From Octopus vulgaris (lineage: Eukaryota): 64,000 nucleotides of DNA. The position numbers and the translations under genes are program-made. Below, piece after piece: positions 26,396-36,979 of the stretch (its first letter is position 1; the number at the start of each line of letters is the position of its first letter). The notes below the pieces were generated by a model. The model was not told the origin of the DNA. It did no database searches and worked only from the letters and a program-made list of their open reading frames with translations. The stretch covers positions 40,796,001 through 40,860,000 of the forward strand of contig OX597838.1 of assembly GCA_951406725.2 (NCBI GenBank), given 5' to 3'.

Positions 26396-27099
26396 TATAC
26401 ATATATATGTATGTACATATGTATATATTTATTTATATATTATTTATATTATTATTTGATTGAACGTCACGCATCCATTTCCAAGAAAATGTATCTTAAT
26501 ATATTTGATGCGACTCTGTCCTTTACTGTTTTCTCTCTCCCTTTCGTTTTCTCTCTCATCCTTCCTCTAATTCCTTTTTCTCCCCTTCACTGCTTTCTAT
26601 CTGTCTCACCCGCTCCCTCTTCCTCCTTTACTATCTCGTTGCTCACACGTGACCTTCGTCCATCTTTCCTTTCCTCGCGTGATCATCTTTCTTTTTCTTC
26701 AATCTGTCACGCAGTCCAGACGCATTTTTATCTATCTCATCTCTCAACTTTTCTATCAAAGAATCTTCTTCCAGCGTTCGCTACCTTACCTCGTCTTAGC
26801 CTAACGGCCCTCCCTGCTTGTCTTCGTTTCGTTGAGTTTCATCAACTTCAGCACCATTACAAACAACACATTTTCGCCAACGAGTTACAAGTTTGTTTAT
26901 TCAGTTACCATAAAAATCTGGTGTTCTGGAGCTGATGAACTCTTTGAACGCATTTTCAACATTGGTTTCATTTTCGAACAACCTCTCTCGCAGGTGCATC
27001 AAGGTGCTTGAAAAAGTGGTAGTCAGTAGTAGAAAGATCTGGGGAATAAGCTGGGTGGGGAAGAACTTCGTAGTGAAGTTCCCTCAACTTCTAGAGCGT

Positions 27100-27929
27100 C
27101 ATTAGTGTGTCTGCAGTAATGGTTTTTCCGGGTTTTAAGAAGTTATAGTGGATGAGTCCAGCAGTACACCAAACAGTCACCATAACCTTCTTTTTGAAGA
27201 CGCTGGGGTTTAGGGTAGGTTTTTGGTGCTTCATTTTGATCCAACCACTGCGAAGAACATTTTTTATCATTATACAGAATCCCCTTTTCATCGCAAGTTA
27301 CAATACGGTCGAGAAATGGATCGGTCTGGTTACGGAGAAGAAGCGACGAGCAAATTTCATATCTGCGTATTTTCTGATTTTCATTCAAATCGTGTGGTTC
27401 CCATTTGTCGAGCTTTTTTTGATTGTCCGATCGCATGCAAATGGTTGCAGGCAGTTTTCTGGCTAGCTTGAAGTTCTTTTACCATTTCCCGAGTGGTATT
27501 ATGTGGATCTTTCTCAATGACAAGCTTCAATTGACTGTCATCGATGACAAATGGGCGCCCACTACGCTCATGATTGTCAAGGCTCAGGTCTCCACTGCGA
27601 AATCGTTTAAACCATTTTCGAGCTGACCACTCACTGGTCATTTTCCTCACCAAACGTTTCGTTGATATCGCGAGCAGTTTCAGCTGTTTTATGTCCTTTT
27701 TTTAAGTTAACTAGCAAAATTGCTCGAATATCGCGCTTTGATAGTTCCATTTCAGATGATTTTAACAACGGTGAAATAAATACCAATGTTAATTTATTCA
27801 TGCATTTGAGCAAGTCTATGTCTGTATTATCAGACAATTGCAAAAAAAAATGTTTAAAAAAATTCAAAACTTCAAAAATCGGGTACAGATTCTTCATGGT
27901 TCAAAATGTTGCTTACTTTTTACTCAATA

Positions 27930-27933
<4 letters not shown>
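27100..27933 (-). mobile_element. mariner transposon 5' part with frameshifted transposase (ATG at 27750)
   Basis: MELSKRDIRAILL...WFKRFRSGDLSL...RSGRP...LDKWEPHDLNENQKIRR...FLDRIVTCDEKGILY...KKVMVTVW, plus a TIR-like end at ~27900-27933. Confidence 0.92.
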
Positions 27934-27988
<55 letters not shown>

Positions 27989-27990
<2 letters not shown>

Positions 27991-29656
27991 GGTATCACTA
28001 TACCCCTCCATCGATATAGACTTTGCTGTCGATAAATGTATAGAAATAGTTAGTGAGAGTGGTATGATATTTAAGAATGTGGATGTATATGAACTAGGGC
28101 TCTTCCTGGCCCTGACGTGTACCAATGAATACCTGTCGCGCAATAACCTTCTATATGCTTGTCCCACCCGTAACAAACGCGGTAGACCACCTACCATTAC
28201 CTCGGCTTACAGGAAGACTCACTGTGAGCGTTGGCAGGGATGGACAAAGCCGGACTACCCACCCTCAAGTGCACACGATATTAGAACCACCATCGCACAT
28301 GCCATCGGTGTCAGCCTGAGATTTACGCTAAAAACACATATTTTTAAATTTGACAACAAACTGTATAAGCAAACGAAAGGCGGTGCTATTGGAGTGGGGA
28401 TCGCCGGTGACGTTGCTAACCTCTTCATGGTATGGTGGGACAAGCGTTTTAAACAGTGCCTAGCAAACCGTAACATCCACTTGGCTATGTACTCTCGTTA
28501 CGTCGACGACATTAACCTTGTTGTGAAATGTAATACAGACACAGTTATGGGCCCTCTACCAAGTGAAGAACAGGTGATGACATCTATACAACACATAGCT
28601 GACTCTATCCACAGCAGTATAAAACTTACCATAGACTACCCCTCTAGACACCCCAGTAAACGATTACCCGTCCTAGATACTGAGCTATGGATGGAAGACG
28701 CTATAGTTAATGGTACCATTAAACCATGTATACTCCACTCACACTATCAGAAACCGATGGCTAATCCACTAGTAATCCGTAGTGACTCAGCTGTGTCGGA
28801 TACTGCCAAACTCAACATCCTAGTGGCAGACTTAGTTAGAGTAATGAGGAATGTATCACCACTATGCCAACCACAAGAACGACAACAACACATCCAGCAC
28901 TACATATTCCGAATGCAACGTTCCGGATACACACAAGACGATAGAGTCAGGGTGTACAAAGGAGCGAAAGCTAGATTCGAACGCATTCTAGGGAACGACG
29001 AAAACGGTATATGCCCCCTGTACCGCAACAAGTTCTGGAATAGGTTAGAGAGGGACACCAACAAAAAGATGAGAAACGTTACTTGGTATGATAACAGGAG
29101 ATTTCACGGAGTGATGTTCGTTGACGCCACACCTATGAACGAGCTAAGTAAGGCATTCAAGAAAGTCCTGCGCACTACGGGCCTAAAAGTTAAAGTTGTA
29201 GAAAAGACAGGTAGGACTATCAAATCGGCATTATGCAGATCATATCCATTTGATAGAATCACCTGTCAGAGTAATTGTGCAGTGTGTTCGACAAATCCAC
29301 ACGTAAATTGTAAAACCAAGGGCACTGTATACCAGATTAAGTGCCAGGAGGGAGCTTGCGCGGCTAACCCGGAGTCATACATAGGTGAGACCTCTAGAAG
29401 CATCAATGATAGGTTCAAAGAACACCTGGACAACTACATTGAAAGGAAGCCAAACTCCATCTTCTACCAACATGCTGTAGACTGCCACAAGGGATCCTTA
29501 GGGGAGCTTAAGTTGAACATCCTATCTACACATCCCACCGATGCAATGTTGAGACAGGTCACAGAAGCTGTTTGTATACAAGAATACAAACCTACTCTCA
29601 ACCGAAAGTCCGAATGGAATAACATCCAGATCCCATTCAGAAGGACTATTCTATAA
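27989..29656 (+). CDS. 5'-truncated Penelope-like element ORF: RT + Cys linker + GIY-YIG endonuclease (possibly Naiad-like)
   Basis: VVSLYPS, QTKGGAIG...MVWWD, RYVDD, LPVLD, YQKP, CxxxCxxC linker, VYQIKC...YIGETSR...RFKEH...H...EA...LN. Open frame of ~555 aa, starting at a (TA)n tract. Confidence 0.92.
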
Positions 29657-30640
29657 CCACCCCTCTCTCTCTCTCCCTTTCACCTGTAGTCCTTACATAC
29701 AGGTTGCAATGCGTATGTGCAGTTATATACAACGGTATGAGCAGACGTTGTTTGATACGAACAGTCGCACCTAGGCGTTGTACCCATTCACGGTTAGACG
29801 ACGATGAGAGGAACAAACACACACCCACACACATATATATATATGTGTGTGCGTCTATACAAACATATATGTAAATATGTATACAACCTTCAGCTAAGTA
29901 ACAGTCATGTACACAACTTGGACGGACACATGCCAGTACACGGACATACGTTCACATACACATACACATGTACACACTCTCACGGACACATCTGCCCATT
30001 CTCCTAGACACTCACATACATACGTAGCACATGAATACAAACATACATACATACCTACGTATGGGCATACACACGTACATACGCACGTACATGTACACAC
30101 ACACATACATGGGCACATGCATACGGGCGCGTATACATACATACGCACATGCGTACGTATGTACATACATACATACATACATACATACATACATACATAC
30201 ATACATACATACATACATACATACATACATACATACGCACATACATACATACATACGAACAATAGTAAAACATTAGTTCTGTGATATAGAGATAAAAATC
30301 TGATAATAGATTTTAGGGTATAGTTCTTGTGAGCAAGCGTCATAAATTCACTTTCTAGCCTCGGCCATAGGGAGTTGAAATTTGATAGCGTTGTGATGAG
30401 TGGTCACTCTACATCCATCCATCGCTACAGGTTTATAACTTTATGTTTTATAGAGTGTATGTGCGTGCTTATACACACACATACATATATACATACATAC
30501 ATACATACATGCATACACAGGCGTATGTGCGGACATGAATACGTACATACATACACACATGTATGCATACATACACACATACATACGTACATACATATAT
30601 ATGACGAACTAACTGTTACTTTCTTAGATGCAGCACGGAC

Positions 30641-30690
30641 TTTGTCAGTGAACAGGTCGCGGATTTTAGCGACGAAAATATTTTGACAAA
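30641..30690 (+). ncRNA. Minimal hammerhead-like motif with G3-C8 core (GUGAACA)
   Basis: tttgtca-GTGAACA-g-gtcgc-ggatttta-gcgac-GAAA-atat-TT-tgacaaa: 7-bp stem I, 5-bp stem II, palindromic stem III AATATT. Confidence 0.7.
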
Positions 30691-31274
30691 TTAAACTTAA
30701 ATGTTGGAGTGAATCGAACGGCTTTTGTGTGTTTCTTAAATGGCTTATAAACACCTCCCACGCTGCAATTGTTTTCGTTTCAGCACACGATCTCAGATCA
30801 AATTACTTGCTATGCGAGTACATCTCCGTAAATATATATATTGTTATATTTCGGAATGGTCATATTGCCAGTTTAGCCAATAAAAACACACGCACTATAT
30901 ATTTGGTGTTATTTTGCTTCAGTGATATTTATTTTTTACATTAATCTTAATCTTATTTCGGCCAAAGTTCTTTCGTCACACTCCTGTGACCGCATCAGTG
31001 GTCCTTTGTTTTCTTCTCACTTACTTGTGTCTCTCCTTACTAACCGTCAGCCATTTTGTATTTCTATTGTATGTCTTCATTTGCGCATGCTTATATCTCT
31101 ATGTGCGTCTATGTTTATTTAGTGTGTGTGTAAAGAGTGGTAAAGATGCCTGTAATATTTGTATCTTCTGGTTATATACATTCTTGTAATTTGTATTTTG
31201 TTTTTGTTGTTGTTGCTTTTGTTCTAATTTTGTTCATGTTTACATCCACCCATTATCATCATTACATATGCATG

Positions 31275-31787
31275 GAACACTGAACTAGCGTAGCTAATCG
31301 AAGGACCCTAGATAAACTTAAACTAAGAATTAAGGTTGTTGAAAAGCCAGGCAACCCTATCAGATCTATAATTGGTAGAAGCTATCCTTTTAGTAGAACT
31401 CTCTGTACGGATAACTATTGCACTGTATGTAGATTTAGCCCACAAACGAACTGTAAAGCCAGAAATGTGGTCTATAGTATAAGATGTATAGAGGGACGAT
31501 GCAGTAACAAGACAGTAACATACGTAGGGGAAACTGCAAGAAGCATTGTTGAGCGGGTGAATGAACATTGGAGACAACTCAAGGAAGGTAAAAGCTCATC
31601 GATTCTGTACCAACACGCCGAACAAGAACACGGGGGATCAATCAATAACATAGCGATTAAGATATTGTCCACACATAGAACAGATGCAACAATTAGACAA
31701 ATTACAGAAGCTACACATATAATAGAAAATAAACCTAGCCTGAATAGAAAACTAGAATGGAGCAATAGCGCACACCACAACATATGA
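31275..31787 (+). pseudogene. PLE linker + GIY-YIG endonuclease fragment, paralogous to the 27989-29656 C-terminus
   Basis: KVVEKPG...RSYPF...CTDNYCTVC...NCKARNVVYSIRC...YVGETARSIVERVNEH...ILSTHRTDATIRQITEA...KPSLNRKLEW. Confidence 0.9.
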
Positions 31788-32306
31788 CAATAGTGGATCC
31801 TGCAAACATAATAAATACACAGGTAATTAAAGAAATAGAAATGAATATCTATATATATGTATATGTGTATATATATGTATATGTATATGTGTATATATGT
31901 GTGTATATATGTATATATATATATATGTATATGTATGTATGTATATATATATATGTGTATATGTATATTCTTTTTTTTTTTTTTTCGATTAGATTTATTA
32001 TTATTATTACTAATATTGTTGTTATACATACATACAAGCATATGTAATGATGATAATGGGTGGATGTAAACACATGAACAAAATTAGAACAAAAGCAACA
32101 ACAACAAAAACAAAATACAAATTACAAGAATGTATATAACCAGAAGATACAAATATTACAGGCATCTTTACCACTCTTTACACACACACTAAATAAACAT
32201 AGACGCACATAGAGATATAAGCATGCGCAAATGAAGACATACAATAGAAATACAAAATGGCTGACGGTTAGTAAGGAGAGACACAAGTAAGTGAGAAGAA
32301 AACAAA

Positions 32307-32351
32307 GGACCACTGATGCGGTCACAGGAGTGTGACGAAAGAACTTTGGCC
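32307..32351 (+). ncRNA. Hammerhead-like motif (A9C); inverted copy at 30960-31004
   Basis: cca-CTGATGC-g-gtcaca-ggag-tgtgac-GAAA-gaac-TT-tgg. Confidence 0.55.
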
Positions 32352-32526
32352 GAAATAAGATTAAGATTAATGTAAAAAATAAATATCACTGAAGCAAAAT
32401 AACACCAAATATATAGTGCGTGTGTTTTTATTGGCTAAACTGGCAATATGACCATTCCGAAATATAACAATATATGTTTCAACACACGACTTCACATAAA
32501 AAATCTTGCACAACAAATATTTAAAC

Positions 32527-32592
<66 letters not shown>

Positions 32593-32593
<1 letters not shown>

Positions 32594-32880
32594 TACGATC
32601 GTTTCGTACGAGAACATCTTTAATAAGCTACAAAAAATGCAGTGAATACAGATGGCTCGTACGAGCCATCTGTATTCACTGCATTTTTTGTAGCTTATTA
32701 AGGATGTCCTCGTACGAAACGATCGTACCGAGATTTTAATCCATTCTTGTTGCTTTTTTCCTATTTGTAATCACCCCACTTGTCGTATGGTTAACACCAT
32801 ATAGATTTCCGGTGCATCCTAGTTAAGGACCATATTCATGTGAATTCTTTAGAATTCACTTGAATCTCAATTACTTAACC
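32593..32880 (+). mobile_element. PLE-like tail with near-perfect ~136-bp palindrome (32593-32728)
   Basis: Palindrome centred on GCTCGTACGAGC with no spacer. The right arm carries the HHR 3' half GAAAcgatcGTA. Tail homologous to the reverse complement of 13685-13838. Confidence 0.85.
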
Positions 32881-32945
<65 letters not shown>

Positions 32946-33062
32946 CCCCTACTTTCCCTCTCGTGTGTGACCCTTCTGTCCGAGTCAGTCGCCATGTTAG
33001 ATTGTTAGCCACTACACACATTTTTTTCTCTCCTTGTTTCTCTCCTTGTTTTTTCTCTGTCC

Positions 33063-33098
33063 CTTTCTGTAGAAGAGCGTAGGCTCGAAACGTAAAAG
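33063..33098 (+). ncRNA. Minimal hammerhead-like motif, A6U core (copy 2)
   Basis: cttt-CTGTAGA-a-gagc-gtag-gctc-GAAA-c-GTA-aaag, within the repeat at 32988-33190. Confidence 0.6.
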
Positions 33099-33276
33099 AC
33101 TTTTCCTATTCCTGGGCGTTATACTAATACATCTGTTTGTTTTGTACACCACCTGTCTTCGTCTTTTGTTTTTTTTCGTAAACTCTCCCTATATATATAT
33201 ACACCGTCTAGGTATCCATAAGCACTCGTATATTTGTTGTCAATCGAGTGGCTATATCAATTGAAATAGTATTTCC

Positions 33277-33447
33277 GGCGCAGGAGTGGCTGTGTGGTAA
33301 GTAGCTTGCTAACCAACCACAAGGTTCCGGGTTCAGTCTCACTGCGTGGCATCTTGAGGAAGGGTCTTCTGCTATAGCCCCGGGCCGACCAATGCCTTGT
33401 GAGTGGATTTGGTAGACGGAAACTGAAAGAAGCCTGTCGTATATATG

Positions 33448-33478
<31 letters not shown>

Positions 33479-33678
33479 TTGTGTGTCTGTCCTCCTAGCA
33501 TTGCTTGACAACCGATGCTGGTGTGTTTACGTCCCCGTAACTTAGCGGTTCGGCAAAAGAGACCGATAGAATAAGTACTGGGCTTACAAAGAATGAGTCC
33601 CGGGGTCGATTTGCTCAACTAAAGGCGGTGCTCCAGCATGGCCGCAGTCAAATGACTGAAACAAGTAAAGAGTAAAGA
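33277..33678 (+). mobile_element. SINE family A copy (full length)
   Basis: GGCGCAGGAGTGGCTGTGTGG...GACTGAAACAAGTAAAGAG. Confidence 0.92.
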
Positions 33679-33679
33679 T

Positions 33680-34054
33680 TATATATCCATCACGATCGAT
33701 CTTACAAATGGCCGTACACTCTGAATCTTGTCCTCAGATTTCCTTGAACATCCCCTCCGCACTTGTGGTACATCAGTCACAGCTCGCTGTTGTTCAAACC
33801 GCCGGAATAAGTTGAGTTTCATGCGTTTAGATGCTGTTTGTCTGACCCCCACCCACCCATCCACAAATGATGAATGGAAGCCCTTTGAGTTACACAACTG
33901 ATCGTTGATTTTTGTAGGTAGAATTAGATTACTTTCACTCGGTTTTTAGTAAATTTCTCCTTAAACTCTTCCTACAATTAGATGCCAATAATCTGAAACA
34001 AAATTTTTTTTAATTAAATGTAAAAAAGTTTTAAAATGATCTGTTGGTCTACCC

Positions 34055-34057
<3 letters not shown>
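33680..34057 (-). mobile_element. Tc1/mariner-like transposon 5' remnant
   Basis: Reverse complement begins with a CAGGGT TIR-like end beside (TA)n. LFRRFEQQRAVTDVPQVRRGCSRKSEDKIQSVR resembles a transposase HTH/linker. Confidence 0.5.
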
Positions 34058-34115
<58 letters not shown>

Positions 34116-34159
34116 ATAATATTAGGGAGTATATATATATATATGTTTTTACGTCGAGT

Positions 34160-34380
34160 TAGAATTCTAATTTCGGCACAAACTCACCAATTTTAATGGG
34201 GGGGGAGGAAGTCGATTACATTGGCCCCCAGTATTTCACTGGTATTCATCTTAACGCGCCCAAAAGGCGGGAAAACTGAGTTGACCCCGTCGGGATTTGA
34301 GCTCAACTCTTAAAGAACCGGAAGAAATTCCGCTGAGCATTTCGTCCGACGCCGTAACGATTTTGTCCTCTTGCCGCCTA
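34160..34380 (-). mobile_element. Diverged SINE family B copy
   Basis: Reverse complement GGCGGCAAGAG...CGTCGGACGAAATGCTCAGCGG...AATCGACT. Confidence 0.7.
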
Positions 34381-34969
34381 AATTTGCCCATTTACAATAA
34401 AACAAACAATTTAATATTAAGCGGAAGGATTACTCACTATTTTCTGTAGATATTATTTTTTTTTTATTTTATCTAGTTTCAGCTCACGAGCTGTGGCCAT
34501 GCTGGTGCACCGCCATCTATATATTGTTTTTTAAAAGAAAGAGGAGTGACGGTAACTTCGAAGTATATTGTGTGTGTGTGATTTATATTGTGCGAGTGTG
34601 ATTTACATTGTGTGTGTATATGTGCAAGTTATGTATAATAATCTATATCATATGTATATATGTTATACATTGTGTGTGTGTGTGCGCGCGCACGCGCGTG
34701 CGTGTGTCTGTGTGTGGAAATTATGTTGATATTTGTTCGGTGGCTGATGAGGGATTCAGTATGTCAGCATCCACTGTGTGGATAGTTTTCTTTCACGTTT
34801 TTTATTCTTTGTCGTTCCCTTTCGCCACATCTTTATTACACACGCACACGCACGAATATGTCTTATATGGTGGCTGCCCCCTTGTTATCGAGTATGGCCA
34901 TTGCACAAAGCTTAATCAATGTTGTTATCGTGCAATGCCTGCGCAAGAATATTTTTTTTTTTAAGTGGT

Positions 34970-35362
34970 GAAAAGCTGTGCACTGAGTCAATCCCACTCA
35001 CTAAGCAACAGCAGCCATAATCCGAAAAGAAAACAAGTCAACATCATCGGTAACCACTGAGCCGCAGGTTTCATGTCGGAGTTATCCCAGTTACCTGAGT
35101 TACCTTCTCTTAGAAGGATGCCCTAACAAAGGCTAGGAGTCCTTCACTCCCAATGGTTTAACTGCGCAATCGGGTATTCAGTCCGATTATTTCTATGTCC
35201 CCGCGCATCCACAAGACATTTATTGGATGGCCGTTGACTCTCAAGAGTTCCTCCGCCCTTTGACGGGTTTTGTTTTTCATCCCGCAGGGTGACCAATAAA
35301 CACCCTCCTCACCAAGCGAGCTTGGTGGGGTTGCCAGTTTAGTCGCCCACGACCCGACCATG
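34970..35362 (-). mobile_element. Possible RTE-type 5' UTR / non-autonomous element
   Basis: GC-richer, hairpin-rich block. Reverse complement starts GGTCGGGTCGTGGGCGACTAAACTGGCAACCCC, which resembles an HDV ribozyme 3' half. Confidence 0.4.
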
Positions 35363-35607
35363 TCTTATATACGAATATATATACATGGCATACACACATA
35401 AATATATACATACATACACTTCAATACAATTTTGTTGTCGTGAATGCGTTAAATTGTATAAAATATAACAGATGGCGTCTGTCGTACAATTTTTCTCGAG
35501 GTGCCGCCGGAAGTTAGTCTGACTTAACGTGATCACACTCTCTCTAATCTATTTAACTAAAAGGCACTTCGTCCATTTAGTAAATTATATTCGTCATTTC
35601 ACTTGCG

Positions 35608-36120
35608 GTCTCTTCTCTCCCTTCTTCTTCTCTCCCGTCTTCTTCTTCTTCTTCTTCTTCTTCTTCTTCTTCTTCTTCTTCTTCTTCTTCTTCTTCTTCT
35701 TCTTCTTCTTCTCTGCCTTCTTCTTCTTCTTCTCTGCCTTCTTCTTCTTCTTCTTCACCTTCTTTTTCTTCTTCTTCTTCACCTTCTTCTTCTTCTCTGC
35801 CTTCTTCTTCTTCTTCTTCTTCTTCTTCTCTGCCTTCTTCTTCTTCTTCTTCTTCTTCTCTGCTTCTTCTTCTTCTCTGCCTCGTCTTCTTCTTCTTCTT
35901 CTTCTTCTTCTTCTTCTTCTTCTTCTTCTTCTTCTTCTTCTCTGCCTTTTTCTTCTTCTTCTTCTTCTTCTTCTTCTTCTCTGCCTTCCTCTTCTTCTCT
36001 GCCTTCTTCTTCTTCTTCTCTGCCTTCTTCTTCTTCTTCTCTGCCTTCTTCTTCTTCTTCTTCTTCTTCTTCTTCTTCTTCTTCTTCTTCTTCTTCTTCT
36101 TCTTCTCTGCCTTCTTCTTC
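35608..36120. repeat. (TTC)n microsatellite with recurring TCTGCC interruptions
   Basis: ~510-bp array. Confidence 0.95.
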
Positions 36121-36331
36121 ACCTTCTACTTTCTTATCTCTTTCCCCTTCTTCATACCCATCTTCTTGACCTTTTCTTCTTTTGTGTTATATATATATAT
36201 AGAAAGCACTTTTGATCCTGAAAGCTTTCTTTATATCTTCTATCGACTGCTCGAAGACTACTTACCTTCCTACACCTTGATCTTTCGTTCTTACTTATAC
36301 GTATGTATGTGTGTGTGTATGTGTGTGTGTG

Positions 36332-36369
<38 letters not shown>

Positions 36370-36425
36370 CTCTTTCACTTGTCAAGCGATGTCGGGAGGC
36401 AAACACACACACACACACACACACG

Positions 36426-36511
<86 letters not shown>

Positions 36512-36513
36512 TG

Positions 36514-36929
36514 GGAAACCACCATGTGGACACCCATATGCTAGAAATAGATCCGCTACGGTCTCACCACCAAGAAATGTTCTCAAGAAAAATTTAGCAA
36601 AACAACCAAAACGTAATCGAGCAAGACAAAAGAAAAGGGTAAGTCTGACTTTGTGTGGATGTCCTAGTATGCAGTCCTGCAAATTGTATTCACCTTGGAC
36701 GGTCGTACCGATGATCTACGGACAATTACGTAAGTTACGTAAGTAAGATTACGTAATTTGTTGATAGTGAAACATGTGTACGAATAACCCATATTTTTAT
36801 TACTTTTTCTTTTGTCCTGCTCGATTACGTTTTGGTTGTTTTGCTAAATTTTTCTTGAGAACATTTCTTGGTGGTGAGACCGTAGCGGATCTATTTCTAG
36901 CATAAGGGTGTCCACATGGTGGTTCCCCT
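36514..36929. mobile_element. Fold-back element (~125-bp arms) in (TA)n with degenerate HHR at 36703-36783
   Basis: Arms 36514-36638 and 36803-36929. Spacer: tcgta-CCGATGA-tcta...tagt-GAAA-cat-GTG-tacga. Confidence 0.85.
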
Positions 36930-36979
36930 CTAAGATATATATATATATATATATATAATACAGTTTTACTGAACCTTCA

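Larger units (their letters stand above)
30836..32475 (+). mobile_element. Truncated PLE with ~437-bp inverted pseudo-LTR-like arms
   Basis: 30836-31271 is the reverse complement of 32038-32475 (one 2-nt indel seen). The arms enclose a GIY-YIG fragment. Confidence 0.9.

Noticed and set aside
26925-27045. CTGATGA ... GAAAGATCT as a hammerhead
   Set aside because: Stems I and II could not be paired.
27989-31787. Selenocysteine recoding as reported for some Naiad PLEs
   Set aside because: No in-frame TGA in the retained ORF, which ends in TAA. The second fragment's TGA is at the homologous C-terminus and is followed by TAG. No SECIS recognised.
30922-32389. Duplicate ORFs MIFIFYIN... and MTASVVLC... 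on opposite strands
   Set aside because: By-products of the inverted arms, not genes.
35529-36215. Poly-Lys/Glu/Phe/Ser ORFs
   Set aside because: Artefacts of the (TTC)n array.
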